From positions 1,320,001 through 1,352,000 of the forward strand of contig NC_007493.2 of the NCBI RefSeq assembly GCF_000012905.2: a DNA stretch of 32,000 nt. Reading direction: 5' to 3'. The notes beneath the pieces were generated by a model. That model was not told the DNA's origin and did not search any database. It worked only from the letters and a program-made list of their open reading frames with translations. The DNA is from Cereibacter sphaeroides 2.4.1 (GTDB lineage: Bacteria; Pseudomonadota; Alphaproteobacteria; Rhodobacterales; Rhodobacteraceae). The stretch's first letter is position 1. Each line of letters opens with the position of its first letter. The position numbers were made by a program, and so were the translations under genes. Positions 6,540-13,002 of this stretch are shown piece by piece.

Positions 6540-6755
6540 TCAGATGTCCTGCTCCTCACGGACATCCGAACCGGGAAGCAGGACGGGCTCTGCGCATGCC
6601 TGCATCCTGAGGGCCATCGCCAGGCGCCGTGCGAGGATCTGGATCGGCTCGGGCACAGGCTCGGCCTCGAGGGCCCGCAGCAGTTCCTCGCTCAGTTCGC
6701 AGAGTTCGTCCCGTGCGGCGGGCGCACCGTCGTGATCCTGGTCGTTTATCATCAT
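6540..6755 (-). CDS. Small acidic protein (71 aa) with a second NepR-like motif, divergent from the ECF sigma gene
   Basis: Track ORF 6540..6812. The preferred start is ATG 6755 (MMINDQDHDG..), with AAGGGG 8 nt upstream. Third-position GC is about 79%. The segment LSEELLRALEAEPVPEPIQILARRLAMAL resembles the NepR EP[VLI]PE...L..L core, but it lacks the Tyr and the spacing is shorter. Confidence 0.45.
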   Translation of the reverse strand: MMINDQDHDGAPAARDELCELSEELLRALEAEPVPEPIQILARRLAMALRMQACAEPVLLPGSDVREEQDI

Positions 6756-6814
6756 GTCACCTGCCCCTTGTCGCCCTTTCTGCGACGAGCCGGCCGGGAG
6801 TGCAATCTCCAAGC

Positions 6815-6839
6815 GGAACCCGCCCGGTCAGGCGGCGTT
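6815..6839 (+). promoter_or_regulatory. Perfect EcfG-type promoter motif GGAAC-N16-CGTT upstream of the ECF sigma gene (autoregulation)
   Basis: GGAAC at 6815-6819, a 16-nt spacer, CGTT at 6836-6839. This is 44 nt upstream of the GTG start at 6883. Positive autoregulation is typical of EcfG-family sigma factors. Confidence 0.7.
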
Positions 6840-6882
6840 GATTTCGGAAAACGAAGGCGTGAAGAGCCAGGGAGAGCCGCCC

Positions 6883-7389
6883 GTGACGGATCAGACCCCA
6901 CCGCGATCGATCATACCGGATGTGGTCGATCTCATTCCGGCCCTGCGGGCCTATGCGCGCTCGCTCAGCCGCAACCAGTCCGACGCAGACGATCTCGTGC
7001 AGGAGACGCTTCTCAAGGCCATCGCCAATGTCGACAAGTTCCAGCCGGGCACGCGGCTCCGCGCCTGGCTCTTCACCATCCTGCGCAACACCTTCTACAC
7101 CCGCATCCGGGTCTCGGCCCGCGAGCGGACGGGGGCGGCCGACTGCGTCTCGGGCGAGATGTCGGTGCAGCCCTCGCAGGAATGGACGGTGCGGGGGCGC
7201 GAGCTGATGGCCGCCATCGACCGGCTGCCGCCGCATTACCGCGAGATCCTCATCCTCGTCGTCATGCTGGGCGAGAGCTATGAAGAGGCCGCCCGGATCT
7301 GCGACTGTGCCATCGGCACGGTGAAGAGCCGGGTCAGCCGCGCGCGACAGCTGGTGATGAACGATCTCGAAGGCACCGGAGAGGCCTGA
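6883..7389 (+). CDS. ECF RNA polymerase sigma factor, EcfG-like (ECF15-type general stress sigma)
   Basis: Track ORF 6754..7389. The preferred start is GTG 6883 (VTDQTPPRSIIPD..), with GGGAGAG 6 nt upstream and downstream of the promoter motif. Region 2 reads LRAYARSLSRNQSDADDLVQETLLKAIANVDKFQPGTRLRAWLFTILRNTFY. Region 4 reads YREILILVVMLGESYEEAARICDCAIGTVKSRVSRARQ. The region 2 sequence is very like EcfG/SigT/RpoE2 proteins. Confidence 0.9.
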   Translation: MTDQTPPRSIIPDVVDLIPALRAYARSLSRNQSDADDLVQETLLKAIANVDKFQPGTRLRAWLFTILRNTFYTRIRVSARERTGAADCVSGEMSVQPSQEWTVRGRELMAAIDRLPPHYREILILVVMLGESYEEAARICDCAIGTVKSRVSRARQLVMNDLEGTGEA

Positions 7390-7558
7390 GAGGATCATCA
7401 TATCCGCACAGTTCACGGCCATTGCCTGCCCATCCCCGCCTTGGCCTCACGGTGCCTGCGGGCCCGGAGGGCAGTGGCCTTCTGCGGCAGCCCGGGCGCG
7501 GTCGGCTGCTCCCGCATCGCGGAAAGCGGGGCGGAAGCGCGCAGCCCGGACCCTGCGA

Positions 7559-7587
7559 TTGCACGGCCCCCGGCGCCGGGGTATGTG
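7559..7587 (+). promoter_or_regulatory. Candidate sigma-70 promoter for fabD (TTGCAC-N17-TATGTG)
   Basis: -35 TTGCAC at 7559-7564, a 17-nt spacer, -10 TATGTG at 7582-7587. The SD GAAGGAG lies at 7604-7610 and the ATG at 7619. The spacer contains a perfect 14-bp palindrome ccccggcgccgggg (7568-7581). Confidence 0.3.
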
Positions 7588-7618
7588 CCTTTGCCAAGGA
7601 AGAGAAGGAGATCCGACC

Positions 7619-8551
7619 ATGAGCCGCGCATTCGTGTTCCCCGGGCAGGGCGCTCAGACCATCGGCATGGGCCGCGCGCTCGCCGAAGCCTATCCTGCGG
7701 CGCGGGCGGTATTCGACGAGGTGGACGAGGCGCTCGGCGAGAAACTCTCGGCGCTGATCTGGGACGGATCCATCGAGGAGCTCACGCTGACGCAGAACGC
7801 GCAGCCCGCGCTGATGGCGACCTCGATGGCGGCCCTCGCGGCGCTCGAGGTCGAAGGCCTGGGCATCGCCACCGCCTCCTTCGTGGCGGGTCACTCGCTC
7901 GGCGAATATTCCGCCCTGTGCGCGGCGAAGTCGCTGAAGCTCTCGGATACGGCGCGGCTTCTGCGCATCCGCGGGCAGGCCATGCAGGAGGCGGTGCCGG
8001 TGGGCGTGGGCGCGATGGCCGCGCTCCTCGGGCTCGATTACGACACCGCGGTCGAGGTCGCGCACGAGGCGGCGCAGGGCGAAGTGTGCCAGGCCGCCAA
8101 CGACAACGATCCGGCGCAGGTGGTGGTCTCGGGCCACAAGGCGGCCGTCGAGAGGGCAGTGGAGATCGCCAAGGGCCGCGGCGCCAAGCGGGCCATCCTG
8201 CTGCCGGTGAGCGCCCCCTTCCATTGCGCACTGATGCAGCATGCCGCGAGCGTCATGTCCGAAGCTCTCGCCGCGGTGGTGATCGAGGCGCCGGTCTGCC
8301 CGGTCGTCGTGAACGTGCGCGCCGAGGCGGTGTCGGAGCCGGACCGGATCCGTGCGCTCCTCGTGGCACAGGTGACGGGGGCCGTCCGCTGGCGCGAGAG
8401 CGTGATGTGGATGGAAAATGCGGGCGTGGACGAGTTCTGGGAAATCGGTGCCGGCAAGGCGCTGTCGGGCATGATCAAGCGGATCGCCAAGGGCGCGGCG
8501 ACCCGGGCCATCGGCACGCCCGAGGATGTGGCGGCTGCCGCCACGGCCTGA
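7619..8551 (+). CDS. fabD: Malonyl-CoA:ACP transacylase
   Basis: MSRAFVFPGQGAQTIGMG.., the active-site motif GHSLGEYSAL, and VSAPFHCALM. ATG at 7619 follows GAAGGAG. The track ORF 7559..8551 includes an N-terminal overextension. Confidence 0.95.
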   Translation: MSRAFVFPGQGAQTIGMGRALAEAYPAARAVFDEVDEALGEKLSALIWDGSIEELTLTQNAQPALMATSMAALAALEVEGLGIATASFVAGHSLGEYSALCAAKSLKLSDTARLLRIRGQAMQEAVPVGVGAMAALLGLDYDTAVEVAHEAAQGEVCQAANDNDPAQVVVSGHKAAVERAVEIAKGRGAKRAILLPVSAPFHCALMQHAASVMSEALAAVVIEAPVCPVVVNVRAEAVSEPDRIRALLVAQVTGAVRWRESVMWMENAGVDEFWEIGAGKALSGMIKRIAKGAATRAIGTPEDVAAAATA

Positions 8552-8580
8552 TCCGAGGCAACGGGACCGGAGCGGGGGTG

Positions 8581-8613
8581 CCGCCCGCGGGGGCATCGAA
8601 CCCCCGCAGGCGG
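8581..8613 (+). terminator. GC-rich stem-loop 30 nt after fabD stop (possible terminator/stabiliser, no U-tract)
   Basis: ccgcc-c-gcggggg-catcgaa-cccccgc-a-ggcgg forms a 5+7 bp stem with one internal mismatch. It lies in the convergent gap between fabD and the DUF1289 gene. Confidence 0.3.
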
Positions 8614-8781
8614 CGCTGCCGCGGAAGACCGCTCCGCCCGTCGGAGCAGTGGCAGGAGCGGTCCTCCGCCGATCTTCGCAGGGCAAGGCCAGCCGGGAGG
8701 ACCGGTGCCCCGCGGCCCGTTCCTCCCGGCTCTGGACGGAGCCGCCGCAAGCCTGCTTGAGGAATGCCGCTTGCGCGGGCC

Positions 8782-9012
8782 TCAGCCGGACGTGCGGCCC
8801 GCGTGGCCGCCGCGGCGGCGGGCGAGGCGCGGGGCCCGCGCGGGAAGCTCGGCCATCACCGCACGGCGTGCCTCGGGCGTGAGACGCGACCAGCCGGCGA
8901 TTTCCTCGAGCGTCCGATGGCAGCCCACGCAGATCCGCTCCTCGGGATGGATCATGCAGAGCTTCACGCAGGGGCTCTCGATCTCGTCGCGCCTCCAGAT
9001 GTCGTCCTTCAT
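8782..9012 (-). CDS. DUF1289 domain protein (small Cys-rich, putative Fe-S/metal binding)
   Basis: SPCVKLCMIHPEERICVGCHRTLEEIAGW matches the DUF1289 pattern SPCxxxC...CxGCxRTxxEIxxW. Its ATG at 9012-9010 overlaps the ruvX stop (ATGA). Confidence 0.85.
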   Translation of the reverse strand: MKDDIWRRDEIESPCVKLCMIHPEERICVGCHRTLEEIAGWSRLTPEARRAVMAELPARAPRLARRRGGHAGRTSG

Positions 9013-9491
9013 GCGCCCCCCTCGCGGCCGAGCCAGTCCAGACGGTCCAGCACTCCCTGCAGGATATAGCCCGCCGCGACGTGATCGATCACCTCGGCGC
9101 GACGCTTTCGTGACGTATCCGCCTCGAGGAGCGCCCGTTCGGCCGCCACGGTCGACAGACGCTCGTCCCAGAAGCCCACCGGCAGCGGCAGCACCTGCAC
9201 CAGATTGCGCGCGAAGGCCCGGGTCGATTGCGCGCGCGGCCCCTCGCTGCCGTCCATGTTGCGCGGCAGACCGAGCACGATCCCCACCAGCCGGCGCTCG
9301 GCGGCGATGGCCTTGAGCTTGGCCGCATCCTCGGTGAACTTCGTGCGCCGCACGGTCAGGAGCGGGGTCGCGATCCGCCTGAGCCCGTCCGACACCGCCA
9401 CGCCCACGGTCTTGGTGCCGAGATCGAGACCCGCGAGCGCGCCGGTGCGCGGCAGGCTGGCGAGGAAATCCTCGATACGGTCGTGGATCAC
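9009..9491 (-). CDS. ruvX: Holliday junction resolvase-like / pre-16S rRNA nuclease RuvX (YqgF)
   Basis: This is the C-terminal part of track ORF 9009..10790. GLDLGTKTVGVAVSD, IVLGLPRNMDGSEGPRAQ and FWDERLSTVAAER are YqgF signatures. The GTG start at 9491-9489 overlaps the ccmI stop (GTGA). Confidence 0.9.
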   Translation of the reverse strand: MIHDRIEDFLASLPRTGALAGLDLGTKTVGVAVSDGLRRIATPLLTVRRTKFTEDAAKLKAIAAERRLVGIVLGLPRNMDGSEGPRAQSTRAFARNLVQVLPLPVGFWDERLSTVAAERALLEADTSRKRRAEVIDHVAAGYILQGVLDRLDWLGREGGA

Positions 9492-10741
9492 TCGGCCACC
9501 CCCGCCTGCGCGCCCGCCGCGCGGATCGCGGCCAGTTCGGTGTCGCGCCCGTCGAACCGGTCCAGAGCCTCGCCGTAGATGGCGCGGGCGCGGTCGGTCT
9601 CGCCCAGCACGCCCAGGGCGCCGATCAGGCGCGCCCATTCCTCGGCGGTGCCGCCTTCGGTCGCGAGCCGCTGGTTCAGGCCCTCGACCATGCCGCGGAT
9701 CATTTCCTGCCGGGCCTCGGGCGTCATCGCCTCGGCCGCGCGCACGGCCTCTTCGGAGGGGCCGGCCGGCACGTCGCCTTCGGGGGCCGCCGCCGGCGGC
9801 AGCTCGTATTTCACGCCGGCGAGCCAGGCCAGCTGCTCGATCTGTGCCCGGAGCGGCGCGACCCAGGGGTCGTTCGGGCGCGAGCTTTCGAGAAGCGAGC
9901 GCCAGAGGCGGAAGGCCATGTCCGGCCGCCCGGTCTGGGCGAGGAGCATCCCCGAATAATAGCGCGCGGTGCCGTTCTGCGGATCGAGGCGCAGCGCCTC
10001 GGTCAGACGGGCCTCGGCCTCGGGCGAGACGATGCCGCCGGCGGCGAGGATCATGAGTTCGCCGAGGGCTGCCTGATCCTCGGCCGTGACCTTCGGCTGC
10101 GACAGATCGATCACCTTCGCCTGCGCGTGCGCCGCGGCCGCATAATTGCCGAGCGCGGCCTCGTTGCGCGCGAGAAGCTCCTGCCCCCGGATGTCGTCGG
10201 GGTTGTTCGCGACGGCGGCGCGCAGCTTCTCCATCAGCTCGAGAAACTGGGCGTCCGGTGCGGGGGCGGCGGGGCGGGGCGCTCCGGCCATCCGCGCCTC
10301 GGCGTCGGCCTGGCTCGGACGGTCGCGATAGGCCGTTTCGGCCTGCGCCAGCCGGGCCGACATCGGCATGTCCTGATAACCCGGCGCGCCGAGATCGAGG
10401 TAGGTCGCGAATGACCCGCCGAGCAGGACCAGCATCGCGCCCGCGGCCGCGATCCGGGCCGAGCCGGGGGCCCGCGCATCCGAGCCGGCCGCCTTCAGCG
10501 CGCGGTCGGCCTCGAGCAGACGGCGCGAAACCTCGGCCTTCAGCCGGTCGGCTTCCTCGGGGCGCATCGTGCCGCGGGCGACATCGCGCTCGATCTCGCG
10601 CAACTGGTCGCGATAGACCTGCATGTCGTAGGCCGCGGCCGGAGCCGCCTCCCGCCCTCCGCGCAGCAGCGCCTGCACGAGGATCACGCCGACGCCGAGC
10701 GCGATCACGCCGGCGAGGATCCAGAACAGCGTCATTTCCAT
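9488..10741 (-). CDS. ccmI: c-type cytochrome biogenesis protein CcmI/CycH (TPR)
   Basis: Track ORF 9488..10801. The preferred start is ATG 10741 (MEMTLFWILAGVIALGVGVILVQALL..), with GGGGGA upstream. The N-terminal TM plus YRDQLREIERDVARG..EEADRLKAEVSRRLL and C-terminal TPR-like repeats are typical of CcmI/CycH. Confidence 0.85.
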   Translation of the reverse strand: MEMTLFWILAGVIALGVGVILVQALLRGGREAAPAAAYDMQVYRDQLREIERDVARGTMRPEEADRLKAEVSRRLLEADRALKAAGSDARAPGSARIAAAGAMLVLLGGSFATYLDLGAPGYQDMPMSARLAQAETAYRDRPSQADAEARMAGAPRPAAPAPDAQFLELMEKLRAAVANNPDDIRGQELLARNEAALGNYAAAAHAQAKVIDLSQPKVTAEDQAALGELMILAAGGIVSPEAEARLTEALRLDPQNGTARYYSGMLLAQTGRPDMAFRLWRSLLESSRPNDPWVAPLRAQIEQLAWLAGVKYELPPAAAPEGDVPAGPSEEAVRAAEAMTPEARQEMIRGMVEGLNQRLATEGGTAEEWARLIGALGVLGETDRARAIYGEALDRFDGRDTELAAIRAAGAQAGVAE

Positions 10742-10825
10742 GCAGTCCCCCGTGCTGACGGCCTCCATGTAAGGGGTCTGGCTGACGCACAAAAGGGTCA
10801 ATATCCCGTCATCGGGACGCAGGCG

Positions 10826-10888
10826 GATGTCGCAACTCGGTGATGTCGCATTTGTGCGGATTGTGCCGCTTGCACGCGGGGCTATAAC
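10826..10888 (+). promoter_or_regulatory. Short direct-repeat array plus candidate sigma-70 promoter in the ccmI/soxB divergent region
   Basis: GATGTCGCA occurs twice (10826-10834 and 10842-10850; 16-bp period). TTGTGC(G/C)G occurs twice (10852-10859 and 10861-10868; 9-bp period). A possible promoter is TTGTGC (10861-10866)-N16-TATAAC (10883-10888), about 50 nt before the soxB ATG. Confidence 0.3.
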
Positions 10889-10937
10889 TCGTCCCCGTTC
10901 CAGAAGGCTCTATAGGCCCGAGACGGGGAGTCGGCAC

Positions 10938-12185
10938 ATGAAACGCTATTCGGTCTTCGCCATCGCCCGCGAGGCGCTGCGCCATCATACGGGGTGGGAG
11001 CGCGCCTGGGCCTCGCCCGAACCCAAGGCGTCCTATGACGTGATCGTGATCGGCGCCGGCGGCCACGGCCTCGCCACGGCCTATTACCTCGGGAAGAATT
11101 TCGGGATCACCAATGTTGCGGTGATCGAGAAGGGCTGGCTCGGCGGCGGCAATACCGGGCGGAACACGACGATCATCCGCTCGAACTACCTGCAGGATCC
11201 GTCGGCCGCCATCTACGAGAAGGCGCGCAGTCTCTACGAGACCCTGAGCCAGGATCTGAACTACAACGTGATGTTCAGCCCGCGCGGGCTCCTCATGCTG
11301 GCGCAGACCCATCACGAGGTGCGCGGCTACATGCGCACGGTGCATGCCAACCTTCTGCAGGGCGTCGAGACCGAATGGATCGGCCCCGAGCAGGTCAAGC
11401 GTCTGGTCCCGATCATGAACATCCACGGGCCGCGCTATCCGGTGCTGGGGGCGCTCCTCCAGAAGCGGGGCGGCACGGCGCGCCACGATGCGGTGGCCTG
11501 GGGCTATGCGCGGGCCTGTTCGGCGATGGGCATGGACATCATCCAGCAGTGCGAGGTGAAGGGCGTCCGCTCCGAAGGCGGCGTCGTCACCGGGGTCGAG
11601 ACGACGAAGGGCTTCATCGGCACGAAGAAGCTCGCCATCGTGGTGGCGGGACATTCGGGGCAGGTGGCCGAGATGGCGGGCTTCCGGCTGCCGGTCGAGG
11701 CGGTGGCGCTGCAGGCGCTGGTCTCCGAGCCGGTCAAACCCTGCATCGACGTGGTGGTGATGGCCAACACGGTGCACGGCTACATGAGCCAGTCCGACAA
11801 GGGCGAGCTGGTGATCGGCGGCGGCACCGACAGTTTCAACAACTTCACCCAGCGCGGCAGCTTCCATCATATCGAGGAGACGCTGCGCGCGCTGGTGGAG
11901 ACCTTCCCGATCATCTCGCGCCTCAAGATGCTGCGGCAGTGGGGCGGGATCGTGGACATGACCGGCGACCGCTCGCCGATCCTCTCGAAGACGCCGCTGG
12001 GGAACTGCTTCATCAACTGCGGCTGGGGCACGGGGGGCTTCAAGGCCATCCCCGGCTCCGGCTGGGCAATGGCGGAGCTGGTGGCCAAGGGCGAACCGGG
12101 CGCGCTTGCCGCGGATTTCGGCATGGACCGTTTCCGCGAGGGCCGTTTCATCGACGAATCGGTCGCGGCGGGGGTCGCGCACTGA
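10938..12185 (+). CDS. soxB: Sarcosine oxidase subunit beta
   Basis: Track ORF 10827..12185. ATG at 10938 (MKRYSVFAIAREALRHH..) follows GGGGAG. It carries the FAD fold YDVIVIGAGGHGLATAYYL, and the size (415 aa) and context (soxD/A/G downstream) fit heterotetrameric SoxB. Confidence 0.93.
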   Translation: MKRYSVFAIAREALRHHTGWERAWASPEPKASYDVIVIGAGGHGLATAYYLGKNFGITNVAVIEKGWLGGGNTGRNTTIIRSNYLQDPSAAIYEKARSLYETLSQDLNYNVMFSPRGLLMLAQTHHEVRGYMRTVHANLLQGVETEWIGPEQVKRLVPIMNIHGPRYPVLGALLQKRGGTARHDAVAWGYARACSAMGMDIIQQCEVKGVRSEGGVVTGVETTKGFIGTKKLAIVVAGHSGQVAEMAGFRLPVEAVALQALVSEPVKPCIDVVVMANTVHGYMSQSDKGELVIGGGTDSFNNFTQRGSFHHIEETLRALVETFPIISRLKMLRQWGGIVDMTGDRSPILSKTPLGNCFINCGWGTGGFKAIPGSGWAMAELVAKGEPGALAADFGMDRFREGRFIDESVAAGVAH

Positions 12186-12264
12186 TGCAGCCGCGTTACC
12201 GTGTCGCTTTGACGCCTGTGCTCCATGCGGTATCTCCTGTGCACAACTCTCTGGAGACGCCGAC

Positions 12265-12639
12265 ATGTTCTCATTCATCGACGACATCCCGTCCTTCGAG
12301 CAAATCAAGGCCCGGGTTCGGGACGACCTCAGGAAACACGGCTGGGAAAAGCGCTGGAACGACTCCCGCCTGGTGCAGAAATCGCGCGAGCTCCTCAACG
12401 ACGAGGAACTCAAGATCGATCCTGCGACCTGGATCTGGAAGCGCATGCCCTCGCGTGAGGAAGTCGCGGCCCGGCGCCAGCGCGATTTCGAGACTGTCTG
12501 GAAATATCGCTACCGCCTCGGCGGCTTCGCCTCGGGCGCCCTTCTGGCCCTGGCCCTCGCCGGCATCTTCTCCACGGGCAACTTCGGCGGCTCCTCGGAC
12601 GCCGGCAACCGCCCCAGCGTCGTCTATCCCATCGAATGA
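12265..12639 (+). CDS. Hypothetical 124-aa protein with C-terminal TM helix, inserted between soxB and soxD
   Basis: This is the C-terminal part of track ORF 12106..12639. ATG at 12265 follows GGAGA (7-nt spacer). Sequence is MFSFIDDIPSFEQIKARVRDDLRKHGWEKRWNDSRLVQKSRELLNDEELKIDPATWIWKRMPSREEVAARRQRDFETVWKYRYRLGGFASGALLALALAGIFSTGNFGGSSDAGNRPSVVYPIE. Third-position GC is high. Confidence 0.75.
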   Translation: MFSFIDDIPSFEQIKARVRDDLRKHGWEKRWNDSRLVQKSRELLNDEELKIDPATWIWKRMPSREEVAARRQRDFETVWKYRYRLGGFASGALLALALAGIFSTGNFGGSSDAGNRPSVVYPIE

Positions 12640-12678
12640 CCCGGGCGCCTGCGCCCGGCCAGACCGGAGCGCAAGCGC

Positions 12679-13002
12679 ATGCTGATCCTCGAATGTCCCT
12701 ACTGCGGCGTGAAGGCCGAGGAAACCGAACTCAGTCCGGGTCATGAGGCGCATCTGAAGCGCTTCGGACCCGGATCCTCGGACGAGGATTTCGAATCCTA
12801 CATGTTCGCCCGGAAGAACCCCAAGGGGGTCCATTTCGAGCGGTGGCGCCACAGCTATGGCTGCGGCAAGTGGTTCCTCGCCGCGCGCTGCACCGCGACG
12901 CTCGAGGTGTTCGGCACCTACCCGGCGCAGACCTCCGAGCCGCCCCCCGACATCGTGGCCAAGATCAAGGCACGGCGTCCGGAATGGGAGGGCTACAAAT
13001 GA
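12679..13002 (+). CDS. soxD: Sarcosine oxidase subunit delta
   Basis: 107 aa. MLILECPYCGVKAEETELSPGHEAHLKR...YMFARKNPKGVHFERWRHSYGCGKWF shows the Cys-rich zinc-type SoxD pattern. Its stop overlaps the soxA ATG (ATGA). Confidence 0.92.
   Translation: MLILECPYCGVKAEETELSPGHEAHLKRFGPGSSDEDFESYMFARKNPKGVHFERWRHSYGCGKWFLAARCTATLEVFGTYPAQTSEPPPDIVAKIKARRPEWEGYK

Noticed and set aside
8587-8620. tRNA-like T-arm on the reverse strand (GGGGG-TTCGATG-CCCCC followed by GCGGGCGG)
   Set aside because: No complementary 5' acceptor strand, D-arm or anticodon arm could be built from the upstream 60-70 nt, and there is no CCA end. It is better explained as a simple GC-rich hairpin in the fabD 3' region.
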